IMG/VR virus record: IMGVR_UViG_3300048858_000066
Location: 1 to 45,131 of that record
Source of the DNA: a virus
Lineage: Duplodnaviria; Caudoviricetes
Length of the DNA: 45,131 nt
Reading direction: 5' to 3' (one strand)
Below the pieces are notes generated by a model. It ran no database searches. It was not told where the DNA came from and saw nothing but the letters and a program-made list of their open reading frames with translations. This document shows positions 15,369-24,000 of this stretch, piece by piece. Positions within the stretch are counted from its first letter, which is position 1; the number at the start of each line of letters is the position of its first letter. The translations under genes were made by a program, and so were the position numbers.

Positions 15369-15525
15369 CACGGGTCTCCCTGGATCTGAGATCGGCCTCG
15401 ACCGCCCGGGCACGGGCACTGGCCGTGCCGGCGGCGCGGCCCCGCCACCAAGCGGCGCCCACCACCCCGAGCACGGCCCCGGCGCCGGCGACCCAGCCGC
15501 CGACGCGGGACCAGAGCCCGGCCAT
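15295..15525 (-). CDS. i-spanin-like membrane protein (Rz-like)
   Basis: N-terminal TM WVAGAGAVLGVVGAAWW then charged helix; TGATG-coupled to endolysin. Confidence 0.7.
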   Translation of the reverse strand: MAGLWSRVGGWVAGAGAVLGVVGAAWWRGRAAGTASARARAVEADLRSRETRDAVERDVAREPDPAGRLRERWSRD

Positions 15526-16181
15526 CACACCGGTGCACTCCGGCGCTGCGTCAGGACCACCGCAACGGCGACGGCCGCGACGGCGATCACCACCGCCACG
15601 CCGACCCACTGAGGCAGACCGGCCACTGCCTGGAAAGCCGGCGCGGCAGCGGAGGCGGCGGCCGCCACAGACGCCACGGATAGCGCCGCCTTGCCCTCGC
15701 CGGTCGTCGCGGCCGCCGCGATCGTCGGCACCGGCCTGGCCAGCCCCGCCAGCCGCAGCCCGGCCTCGATCGTCGCCGCGTCATACGGCTGGCCGCCCAG
15801 CTCGTGGGTGATGATGGCCTCCACCAGCCCCCGCATATCCTCGTAGCGGTGAAGGTCGAGCCGGGCCGTCTCCGAGCGCCCCATCAGATCGGCGACATGC
15901 GCGGCATAGGCGGATGTCTGATTCTCCACCGGCGGCGCCCAGCGGTTGACGATCTCGCGGATGGTCCGCAGACCGTGTCGGTCCTGGTAGGTGGTCAGAA
16001 GCATGGCCAAGGCACGGATGCCATACTCATGGCTCTCGAATACAGCGAAGCGGCCGGCAGGTTCTTTGCCGACCTGGCCCTGCCATTTGTTGCTCGCGTT
16101 GTAATCGATGTTGCCCGGATTCTTGTTCCGGTAGCCCCGCGCATTGCGCGCGCGGGCAGCTGCGGAGCTGGCGGCTGCCAT
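15525..16181 (-). CDS. Putative endolysin (lysozyme-like RNxNPGN family) with C-terminal TM segments
   Basis: RGYRNKNPGNI, FAVFES.EYGIRAL, TIREIVNRWAPPVENQTSAY, IITHE; directly upstream of spanins. Confidence 0.8.
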   Translation of the reverse strand: MAAASSAAARARNARGYRNKNPGNIDYNASNKWQGQVGKEPAGRFAVFESHEYGIRALAMLLTTYQDRHGLRTIREIVNRWAPPVENQTSAYAAHVADLMGRSETARLDLHRYEDMRGLVEAIITHELGGQPYDAATIEAGLRLAGLARPVPTIAAAATTGEGKAALSVASVAAAASAAAPAFQAVAGLPQWVGVAVVIAVAAVAVAVVLTQRRSAPV

Positions 16182-16230
16182 CCGTTGATCTCCAGATTGT
16201 TGAGGTTGCCGGGATGCGCCCCGGAGGCGG

Positions 16231-18081
16231 TTACTGGGCCGCCGCGATGCTCAGCAGCGGGTCGCGGGCATAGTCGGACGACTGGGTAAACGGCGCGCCC
16301 TCGGCCGGCAGCCAGTCATAGAGTCGGCGCGCCTCGGTATCGCCCAGCAGGTCGGCAAGGCCGGCGAGCGTGGCGCGGGCCCATTGCGAGTAGTTGCCCT
16401 CGCGCTCGTTCTTCCCCCAGCCGGCGCCATTCGACCAGCCACGCGCGGCCGTCTTGGCCTTGATCTCGGCCCAGGTGGCGAGGATGCGACTGCCCTCGCT
16501 GATCACCAGCAGATAGGCCGCGCCGTCATGGCCGAGCGCCTTGAAGCGCCCGACCAGGAAGTTCGAGGCCCAGCGCAGATAGGTGACGGCATCGGCATTG
16601 CCCCGCCGCGCCGCCGCGATTGCAGTGGAGGCGAAGTAATCCTGTTGCCACGGCGGCAGCGCGCCCTCGGTGCCGTATTCGCCCGGCAGCCAGCCATGCG
16701 CCTCGCCCTGCTGCTGTGTCCAGATCGGGATATTGTCCACGATCCAGGACCAGTTGGCTTCGGCGACGGCGGTGAAATAGGCCTTCTCCGCGCTGCCTTC
16801 CGGGCTGGCCCAGGCCGCCTCGTCGATCTGCCGCAGCGCCCAGGCCGAACCACGCACCTGCCCGCCGTTGACCACCAGCATGTCACTGTCGCCACGGGTT
16901 TCGGGCTGCTGCGCCAGGATCGTCCAGGCTGCTTGGGCGGCGTGGTTATCGCGGAAGGCACGTCGGCCGGTCATCAGCCAAGCCACGAAGCTGAGGCCCG
17001 GCTGGTGGGCGATGTCCAACTGCCAGCCCGTGTCGCCCGGCTGTGGCTGAAGGAGAGCGGTGTCCCCTGGCGCCTTGCCGCGCCAGTCGGCCCAGAGGCG
17101 CGGGTAGCGTTGCACCGAGATCCAAGTGCTAGCCTCCGCATCCCAGAAGTGCCAAGGGATCGTGCCGGCGGCCTCGGCCTGACCGACCACATAAGCCCGC
17201 ATGCGAGCGTCACGTGTCATAAGGGCAATGGCCTGCGGGGCTGTCACGGGCCCAATATCGTCCCGCCCGCCGGTACCAAACATGTCGAGCGCCACACCGC
17301 GCGGCGACCAGATGTCATCGCCCCAGGTGGCCATGGCCGCGACGTAGCGGTCCAGCACATCGGCGTTGACCGGTCCGGCGTAGTTGGCGACCCCGGCTTT
17401 GGCCAGCGCCTCGCGAGTCGGCAGCTCCACCTCCGGCATCGGGCCGGCGCTGACGAGACGGCCCCAGGCGCGGTACTGCTGGTGGCGCGGCACGTCCTGG
17501 CGCAGCGCCTCCTGGCCGTCCAGAACCACCCGCACGGAGTAGCTCGCTGGGCCGCCGCCCTCGCGCATGGTGATGTCGTTCCGCAGCCAGACATCCGCCC
17601 ACGGCACGCCGTTGGCGGCTGTGCCCCAGTCCACGACCACGCGCAGTGACGTGCTGCCCACATACACGGCAGGCACCTCCGCTGTGGCGCGCCACTGGTC
17701 TCCGTAGGCGCCCGGCCATGGCCCTTCCGATGGCACTACCGATAGATCCAGCGTCCAGATCGCTCCGTTGGCACCGGTGATCTCGACCTGGTTGGAGCCG
17801 ATATCCGGCGTCGGCGTAACGACGACCGGCGCGGGGGGCTCCGGCTCCACGACGATAGGCGCGGACACTGGCGGGGCTTCTGGCTCAGGCGCCAGAGCGG
17901 CACGCATCTCCTGCCGCATGGCCTGCATCTCGGCCGTCATCTCGGCCATGCCCTCTGCCAGGCGCTGCAGGGCGTCATCAGTTGCCGCTGTCTGGCCTGC
18001 CACGGCCTCCGCGATGGCGGGCGCCAGGAGCTGCTGCACGAAGGCGCGCAGCAGCGCGGCACCAGGATCGGTGTCGGACAT
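16231..18081 (-). CDS. 616-aa protein: coiled coil, Pro-rich linker, large aromatic-rich enzyme-like domain
   Basis: GGAGG RBS before MSDTDPG; GGRDDIGP, IPWHFWD, DIAHQP, QVRGSAWALR, PWQQDY motifs. Confidence 0.7.
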   Translation of the reverse strand: MSDTDPGAALLRAFVQQLLAPAIAEAVAGQTAATDDALQRLAEGMAEMTAEMQAMRQEMRAALAPEPEAPPVSAPIVVEPEPPAPVVVTPTPDIGSNQVEITGANGAIWTLDLSVVPSEGPWPGAYGDQWRATAEVPAVYVGSTSLRVVVDWGTAANGVPWADVWLRNDITMREGGGPASYSVRVVLDGQEALRQDVPRHQQYRAWGRLVSAGPMPEVELPTREALAKAGVANYAGPVNADVLDRYVAAMATWGDDIWSPRGVALDMFGTGGRDDIGPVTAPQAIALMTRDARMRAYVVGQAEAAGTIPWHFWDAEASTWISVQRYPRLWADWRGKAPGDTALLQPQPGDTGWQLDIAHQPGLSFVAWLMTGRRAFRDNHAAQAAWTILAQQPETRGDSDMLVVNGGQVRGSAWALRQIDEAAWASPEGSAEKAYFTAVAEANWSWIVDNIPIWTQQQGEAHGWLPGEYGTEGALPPWQQDYFASTAIAAARRGNADAVTYLRWASNFLVGRFKALGHDGAAYLLVISEGSRILATWAEIKAKTAARGWSNGAGWGKNEREGNYSQWARATLAGLADLLGDTEARRLYDWLPAEGAPFTQSSDYARDPLLSIAAAQ

Positions 18082-18127
18082 AAAACCTCCGGATTGTGAG
18101 AGACGCCGGCAGCCGGCCGGCGGCGGG

Positions 18128-18793
18128 TTAGGCGTCGCGGTCAGGCACCCAGGCCACCGACGGCTCGTCATTCTGCTGCCGCGTGCCTGGAGCACTGAGC
18201 CGGCTCTCAAGCCGCTCCTGCCGCCGCAGGATCTCTTCCAGACGCGGCAGGATGCCAGCGATAGTATTGGCCAAGGCCGCCATTCTCTCGGCACCGGACT
18301 GATCAGCATTGGCCAGCGCGCGGATCTGATCCTGCATGCCCTGCTGCTGCTGGTCACGAATGCGGCTGGCTGTGGCCATGGAGGCCTCCAGCTGTGCCGA
18401 CTTAGCCTCGGCAGCGTTCAGCCGCGTGCCCTGCGCCGCGATCGCGGTGCCCTGCGCCACATCGCCCTTCTCCAGAGCATCCAGCCTGGTGTTCACCGGC
18501 CCGATCGCGATATTCCAGATGATTGCGAGGACACCGCAGCCAGTCAGCACCGCACCGCCCAGCGCGCCGACGATTTTCAGCCCCACCGGAACGTCGGCTT
18601 TAGTCTCAGGCTTGGACATGTGCGGGGCGAGCGCCGCCGTGATCTTGGCCGCCAGCATGTCGGAACTCGACAACGCCTGCTGATGGTTTTTGGTATCATG
18701 GCTTTGCTGGCTGGCGCGCTCCGCCGTGATCAGCGCCTCCACCTCAGCGCGGCTGAAGGTATCTTGCGTCGGCGGGATCGACCGCAGCGGCAT
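18128..18793 (-). CDS. Membrane-anchored coiled-coil protein (possible holin-like role)
   Basis: One TM (IVGALGGAVLTGCGVLAIIWNIAI) then long heptad helix. Confidence 0.65.
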   Translation of the reverse strand: MPLRSIPPTQDTFSRAEVEALITAERASQQSHDTKNHQQALSSSDMLAAKITAALAPHMSKPETKADVPVGLKIVGALGGAVLTGCGVLAIIWNIAIGPVNTRLDALEKGDVAQGTAIAAQGTRLNAAEAKSAQLEASMATASRIRDQQQQGMQDQIRALANADQSGAERMAALANTIAGILPRLEEILRRQERLESRLSAPGTRQQNDEPSVAWVPDRDA

Positions 18794-18832
18794 GGTTCTA
18801 GCCCCTTCCTGACCAGATGCGGCGGATGGCGG

Positions 18833-19129
18833 TCATGCCGTGCCACTCGCGTAGAGATCGCGAGCCCGTTCGATGATCCACTGATCCGCCTCGCGAAGAT
18901 CGTCCGAGGAAAGCTGAGACACCTTGGCGAGGTGCCGCAGGAGCCAATCGTGCTCTTCCTCCAGACTGGCATGCTCAGCCGACCTGCCGCCGTCGGCGAT
19001 GGTCAGGAACAGGCCGGTCAGATGTGCGGGTACATCAGCCAGATCAACCTGCGCGACTTCGAGCAGGCCCGCTCGCAGCCGGAGGATTTCGGCTGCCAGC
19101 CCAGGCTGGCCGTCGCGGCGCGCGGTCAT
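18833..19129 (-). CDS. Hypothetical protein
   Basis: ATGA overlap with upstream gene. Confidence 0.55.
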   Translation of the reverse strand: MTARRDGQPGLAAEILRLRAGLLEVAQVDLADVPAHLTGLFLTIADGGRSAEHASLEEEHDWLLRHLAKVSQLSSDDLREADQWIIERARDLYASGTA

Positions 19130-19878
19130 GCCAGCACCAGCCCGCGATCTGCCATCCGCTCCTTCGAGCGGAGGTAGATTGCCAGCAGCGCGGCATCATC
19201 TTTGGCGTCTGGGAAGAAGATGGCTTCGGCCAAGTCGAGCGGGTTCTCGATATAGCCGGCGGCGTTGCGGTAAGCATTGCCGATGACCCGCTTGCGCATC
19301 GGCGTTGCGATGGTCTTCGTGCCTGTGGTCGTCGCGGATATGAAACTCGCCCCATCAACGCCCCGGTACACCGTTCGCGTGCCAGGGACCCGCCTATTCG
19401 CTACGAACAACCAAGTCGCCGCAGGCATGGAGCCGGCTGCCGTGGTTGCCTGCGCTGAGTAGCCCCGCACGCTGCACGCCAGGCGCTCCAGGTCGGAGAG
19501 GTAGAAGAACTCGCCGCCCGCTGCGGTGGTACCGGTGTCAGAGGCCAGGATGAGCGTCTGCGCGCTGGTCGCTGCCGGGTAGCGCATGACGAAGCAGTCG
19601 GTGCCAGCCGCGTCGTCATCATCCCATGGCGTGATCAGTCCTCGCAGGCCGCCGCCCGGCAGCGTCAGGTAGGCGCCAGGAAATGTGGGCGCCAAGCCGG
19701 TCGGTGTCAGCACCAGCCCGGACTTGGTGCCGATCAACCCCGCGCTGCTGCCCTTGTCGAACAGCCAGTGCTCGGTCGAGGTCTGCTCATAATCGGGGTA
19801 ATCCGGCATCAGCGAGGCCGGCACTTTCGGAAGGGTCGTATCGGTGACGGTCACGTCCACCACAGTGACAGCAGGCAT
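19126..19878 (-). CDS. Beta-sandwich (ConA/LamG-like) tail-associated protein
   Basis: MPAVTVVDV start; HWLFD, TWLFVA, LAEAIFF..AL.AIY pattern; follows fibre gene. Confidence 0.55.
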   Translation of the reverse strand: MPAVTVVDVTVTDTTLPKVPASLMPDYPDYEQTSTEHWLFDKGSSAGLIGTKSGLVLTPTGLAPTFPGAYLTLPGGGLRGLITPWDDDDAAGTDCFVMRYPAATSAQTLILASDTGTTAAGGEFFYLSDLERLACSVRGYSAQATTAAGSMPAATWLFVANRRVPGTRTVYRGVDGASFISATTTGTKTIATPMRKRVIGNAYRNAAGYIENPLDLAEAIFFPDAKDDAALLAIYLRSKERMADRGLVLA

Positions 19879-19889
19879 GTGCCGCCCTT

Positions 19890-21986
19890 TCAGTTTCGGG
19901 TTGTCAGGAGGTATTCGACCGCGGCATCCCAAACGTCGCCTTGCGGGGCGGTGTAGGCACCGACGAAATCCCAGTAGAGCTTGTTCATGCCGACGCGGCT
20001 GGAGACGTAGAAGCGCCGGTTTGGCTTGTCCCAGCCCTTCAGCCAGCGCATCTCCAGCGCGTAGCCTGCTGGCCCCCAAAGCTTCGCGTCGCCGGCCTGA
20101 GTGGTGATCTGCGCGAAGCCATCCTGGCTGATATCTTCAATCTGCCAGAAGCGATCGTCACGAGTGGCCGCGTTGCTGATCACCGTGCCATTGCTGTGGG
20201 TGCGGGCGACGCAAGCCATGGCGAGGTAGGCGCCGACAGCGCCGCCCGGATAGGTCAACCCGACCAGATGCGTGACGCGGTTGGAGAGCACCCAGCGCAC
20301 GCCGCCGTCATCGCGGGTGAATTCCCAGCGCCGCAGCAGGTCGTAGACCTGATCACCCTTGGGCACCCATGTGGTCTCGGTGGTTGACCCAGGGCGCCAG
20401 CCGGCCGACCGCTGGAACATCTCGAAGCGCCGGCATTCGAGGCGCTGCCCCGGGCTGATGGTGATCGGCACCCCGTCAGCCATGGCAAGGAAGGAAAGCT
20501 GCTGCTCGTTGCCGTGGTTCGAGCCCCCGACAAAATTCGCCCAGCCCTGCGCCTGAAGCGCACACTCCTGCTCGCCCTCGATGAAGATTTCCTGGCCGAG
20601 CAGGAAATTTCCATCGCCGCCGATGGTGCTCTCGTAGATATTGTGGACGCGCCAGACATCCGAGTTCTTGGCGGCATTGACCACATTCTTGATGATGTAC
20701 GCAACGTACTTCCCGGAGTTGGCGATCTGCCCCTTCGCGTGCAATCGGATCTCGGTCGCGGACACGACCTGCGCCACCATCTCAGGGCGCAGGGAACTGA
20801 TGCCGCCGGCGACCGGCGGGAAGGCCTCCCCGGTATCGGCATAGAAGCCGCGCAACACGCGTCGGCTGGGCACGGCCACAGTGAGCGGCTGGAAAGGACG
20901 CCCATTCACGGTGATGGCCGGTAGCTGTCGAATGCCACCGGTGCGCGTCTCGACCGCCTGGACCTGCTGGACCGTCGCGGATGGCCGCATGGGCTCCCCG
21001 GTGTCGGTCCACACGCCGTCCAGCACCGTCCGGTCCGTGTTGACCCGCGTGGGCTGCAGCATGCGCCCGCCCACGTTGATTGGCGGCAGGTCAATGACGG
21101 ACTTCACGCGGCCTTGCGTCGCCGCCAGGCCCGTGCCGATAGCCGCCACTGTCAGGCTGCTGGTCTGCACCCAGGCGCCATTCCGCTTGGTCCAGATGCC
21201 GTTCAGCGCCGGGTTCGGGTCGCCGATGACCTGGACCGACTTGTTCTCCGCGTAGTCACCCTTCTTCGCCTCAATATCGACGCGCGTGTCGTAGCTGTCC
21301 GTGAGGGAGAGGGCCGCCGTGGCATCGTCAGCGGCCTTCTGCGCCTCTGCCACCTTGGCGCTGGTCGTATTCGCCGCCTGCTGCGCGGTGTCCCGCGCCG
21401 TCTCGGCCGCCCCGCGCGCCCCCTTCGCCGCCAGTTCGTGATCCCGCGCTAGATCCGTGGCATCGAGCGCGAGCATTGCGCTCCCAGCCGCAGCCTCGGC
21501 ATAGGGCCTGGCACCCTCTTCGCCGGCCACCAGACCAACCCGCCTGGACTCGGCCTGCGCGACGCTGAGCGACATGGCTGCGGCGGCAGCCTGGATCGTC
21601 CCGTAGGGGATCGTGCCATCGGCCGCCAACGAAACGCCGCCCCGCGAGGAGGCGATGAAGACAATGTCGGCGGTCTGCTGCACCGGGCCGGTGATGCTGA
21701 CCCAGACGGCATAAGCCCCCGGGATGGTGGCCGGAACCCACACGAGCCAGGTGCCCGGCGTCACCTCGATCGGCATCAGTGGCTGGCCGGCCGACTCATC
21801 CTCGACGGTGCTCGGCAGCCAGTAGAAGGCCGAAGCGCCCGTGGCGCCCGACACCAACTCACCCGTGATCTGGTCGCGTACGTCAAACCAAACCGCGACA
21901 TCCGACCCCACAAACTTGGCGTGCACACGCTCGCTTGTCCTGGCGCCAAGGCGCGGCTCCAGGATCACGCCGAGAGCACTCGACAT
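19890..21986 (-). CDS. Tail fibre/receptor-binding protein
   Basis: N-terminal adaptor-like region, Ala-rich coiled coil, GDPNPALNGIW motif, internal repeat, beta-rich C-terminus. Confidence 0.7.
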   Translation of the reverse strand: MSSALGVILEPRLGARTSERVHAKFVGSDVAVWFDVRDQITGELVSGATGASAFYWLPSTVEDESAGQPLMPIEVTPGTWLVWVPATIPGAYAVWVSITGPVQQTADIVFIASSRGGVSLAADGTIPYGTIQAAAAAMSLSVAQAESRRVGLVAGEEGARPYAEAAAGSAMLALDATDLARDHELAAKGARGAAETARDTAQQAANTTSAKVAEAQKAADDATAALSLTDSYDTRVDIEAKKGDYAENKSVQVIGDPNPALNGIWTKRNGAWVQTSSLTVAAIGTGLAATQGRVKSVIDLPPINVGGRMLQPTRVNTDRTVLDGVWTDTGEPMRPSATVQQVQAVETRTGGIRQLPAITVNGRPFQPLTVAVPSRRVLRGFYADTGEAFPPVAGGISSLRPEMVAQVVSATEIRLHAKGQIANSGKYVAYIIKNVVNAAKNSDVWRVHNIYESTIGGDGNFLLGQEIFIEGEQECALQAQGWANFVGGSNHGNEQQLSFLAMADGVPITISPGQRLECRRFEMFQRSAGWRPGSTTETTWVPKGDQVYDLLRRWEFTRDDGGVRWVLSNRVTHLVGLTYPGGAVGAYLAMACVARTHSNGTVISNAATRDDRFWQIEDISQDGFAQITTQAGDAKLWGPAGYALEMRWLKGWDKPNRRFYVSSRVGMNKLYWDFVGAYTAPQGDVWDAAVEYLLTTRN

Positions 21987-22013
21987 GGCAAAACTCCGAA
22001 TTGTCAGGGTGGA

Positions 22014-22427
22014 TCAGAGGAGGACGGCGGACCGGAACAGGCCGTCGATGCCCTCGCTATCCAGGTTGAGATCAGTGGCGATGGTGTTCAGCAGCGCATG
22101 ATCACGCCGCACTTCCAGCGCGAAGTCCCACTCTTCCTGCGCCTCCTCGCCGGCCGCGGCGATGGCCTCCTCGACCTGCTGCAGCAGGCCGGCGGCACGC
22201 AGCGCCTTGCGGGCTTGTAGCGGCGTGACGCTCTCGGGCACGGGCTGCCGCGTCGATGCACCGTCGCCGACCTCGGCCAGCGCGGCATTCAGCGCCGCCT
22301 GTGTGACGCCCGCGACATAGAGCCGATCCCTCTCATAGCGCCGCGCGTCGGGTGCAGGGTTCCCAGCCAACGCCGCGATGCGCGGCAGGTCGGCGTTGCT
22401 GCTCACTACGACCGATGCTGTTGTCAT
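22014..22427 (-). CDS. Tail fibre assembly/chaperone-like protein
   Basis: VPESVTPLQARKALRAAGLL..V...EWDFA.EVRRDH.L...ID.LF. Confidence 0.65.
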   Translation of the reverse strand: MTTASVVVSSNADLPRIAALAGNPAPDARRYERDRLYVAGVTQAALNAALAEVGDGASTRQPVPESVTPLQARKALRAAGLLQQVEEAIAAAGEEAQEEWDFALEVRRDHALLNTIATDLNLDSEGIDGLFRSAVLL

Positions 22428-23203
22428 AGCCGCGTCAGCGTGAAGCTGCTCTGCGTCGTGCCGCCGCAAGCCAGTGCCGCACCGCTGTCCTGGTAGAGGA
22501 AAGTCTGCACGTTCTGTCCAGCCTCCATCGGTCCCTCCCACGCGCAGACCAGATCCACGATGCCGGTAGAGGACGGAGAGCGCACGCGGGCGCGCGTAAC
22601 GCCGCCGATGATGATCTCCGCGAGGCGCTGCCCGACCGTGCTGGGACCAAAGGTGATGCAGAGGGCGGCACGATAGAGCCCAGCGGTGGGCGGAACCAAC
22701 GCATAGGCCGGGTTTGCGCCCGGCTGCGCGCCAAGCGAGTTGACCCCCATCTGGTTCCAAGGGGCGTTGAAGCTCGTGTTGTGCGGAACCGAGAAGGTCC
22801 CGCCGGAGAACACCTGGCTCATCAGCGCCTGCGGAACAATGCTGTTCGGCAAGAGGCCATCGGTGTCCAAGATCGCCAGGCGCTTCGCGTTGACCGCCAG
22901 GAACACGTACCGCGTGCCGACGCCCCAGTTCACCGCGCTGCTGCCGCCGCCATGGGTGCGGAGAACCTGCACCCGGCTGAGCGTCGCCGGCGTTCCCGAC
23001 GTGTAGATGCCCTCGCCGATCTCGAACTGCGTCGGCTCGGTAAGGCTGTCCTGGACGCAGTAGCTGACACGCGAGCCAGACGTGATACCCGCCTGCGCCA
23101 TAGTCAGGAATCCGTCCAGAGCGACGCCGAGCTGATAGGTGCCAGTGCCTGGAGTGATCGTCTGCACCAGCACCCGGTCGCCATGCATAATTGGTGTGCC
23201 CAC
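22424..23203 (-). CDS. Tail fibre/tip protein
   Basis: DRV...T.GTG.Y.LG.A..GF...FEIGEG...TLSR N-terminus; C1q-like beta C-terminus. Confidence 0.7.
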   Translation of the reverse strand: MGTPIMHGDRVLVQTITPGTGTYQLGVALDGFLTMAQAGITSGSRVSYCVQDSLTEPTQFEIGEGIYTSGTPATLSRVQVLRTHGGGSSAVNWGVGTRYVFLAVNAKRLAILDTDGLLPNSIVPQALMSQVFSGGTFSVPHNTSFNAPWNQMGVNSLGAQPGANPAYALVPPTAGLYRAALCITFGPSTVGQRLAEIIIGGVTRARVRSPSSTGIVDLVCAWEGPMEAGQNVQTFLYQDSGAALACGGTTQSSFTLTRL

Positions 23204-23997
23204 TAGCAGTCCTCCTCCTGAGCGATCTCAGCCGACCAGTACAAGTGTGTGATGCGCCTGGGCATCGGCGGGCTCCGAAATGGACCTAGTACCCCGTCAC
23301 GCTGCAGCGCCTGCAGGGACGGCGCTGCGAAGACCTGCCCGGTGGTGCCCGCAGCAAGCGCGATGTCTTCCAACGTTTCTGCTTCGGCTGTGGTCAGGCG
23401 CGGCAGCGTCCAGGACGGCTGCCGAAAGCGTGCACCTCGCGTGGCATAGCGCACGCCGGAGTAGGCCGAGCGCTCATTGCTGCCGGCATCCACCACCCCG
23501 CGCTGCTGGCCATAGGAAATCGCGCGTGTGGTCACGAGCGCCGGCTGTATCAGCAGGCGTCCGAACTGCGCGTACGGCTGCCCAGCCGCGAAGTCGAAGG
23601 TGATGCGCCAGTACCGGGCCGTCACCGGCTGCGGCAGCACATGCGGCCAGAGAGCGCGCGGGACCGGCTCCAGCGGCAGCGCGCCGCTGTCGTAGACCTG
23701 AGTGCCGTCCGTTCTGGAACAGACGATCCGCCAGGTGCTGCCGGTCAGCGGCAACACGCCGTCCCGTGGCGCAGCCAGGAGCACCAGCTGCGCCACCGTG
23801 TCGAGTCCGACATCCACCATCAGGACAACCTGCCCCACAGCCGCCGGCGCCAGCCGCCAGACATCGGAGATTTGCGGCGTCAGCATGGAGCGCAGGCCAA
23901 GTCCCGCCACCTCGCTGTTAGTCTGCAGCGAGGCCGACGATCTCTCGACTTGATTCCATGCGGCCGGCGCGATGATCGCTGACGCGATAGTCGCCAT
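23203..23997 (-). CDS. Tail tip component
   Basis: Position; ARYWRITF, FGRLLI motifs. Confidence 0.65.
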   Translation of the reverse strand: MATIASAIIAPAAWNQVERSSASLQTNSEVAGLGLRSMLTPQISDVWRLAPAAVGQVVLMVDVGLDTVAQLVLLAAPRDGVLPLTGSTWRIVCSRTDGTQVYDSGALPLEPVPRALWPHVLPQPVTARYWRITFDFAAGQPYAQFGRLLIQPALVTTRAISYGQQRGVVDAGSNERSAYSGVRYATRGARFRQPSWTLPRLTTAEAETLEDIALAAGTTGQVFAAPSLQALQRDGVLGPFRSPPMPRRITHLYWSAEIAQEEDC

Positions 23998-24000
23998 GCC

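Noticed and set aside
19890-23203. Diversity-generating retroelement acting on tail fibres
   Set aside because: No reverse transcriptase ORF and no TR/VR pair seen.
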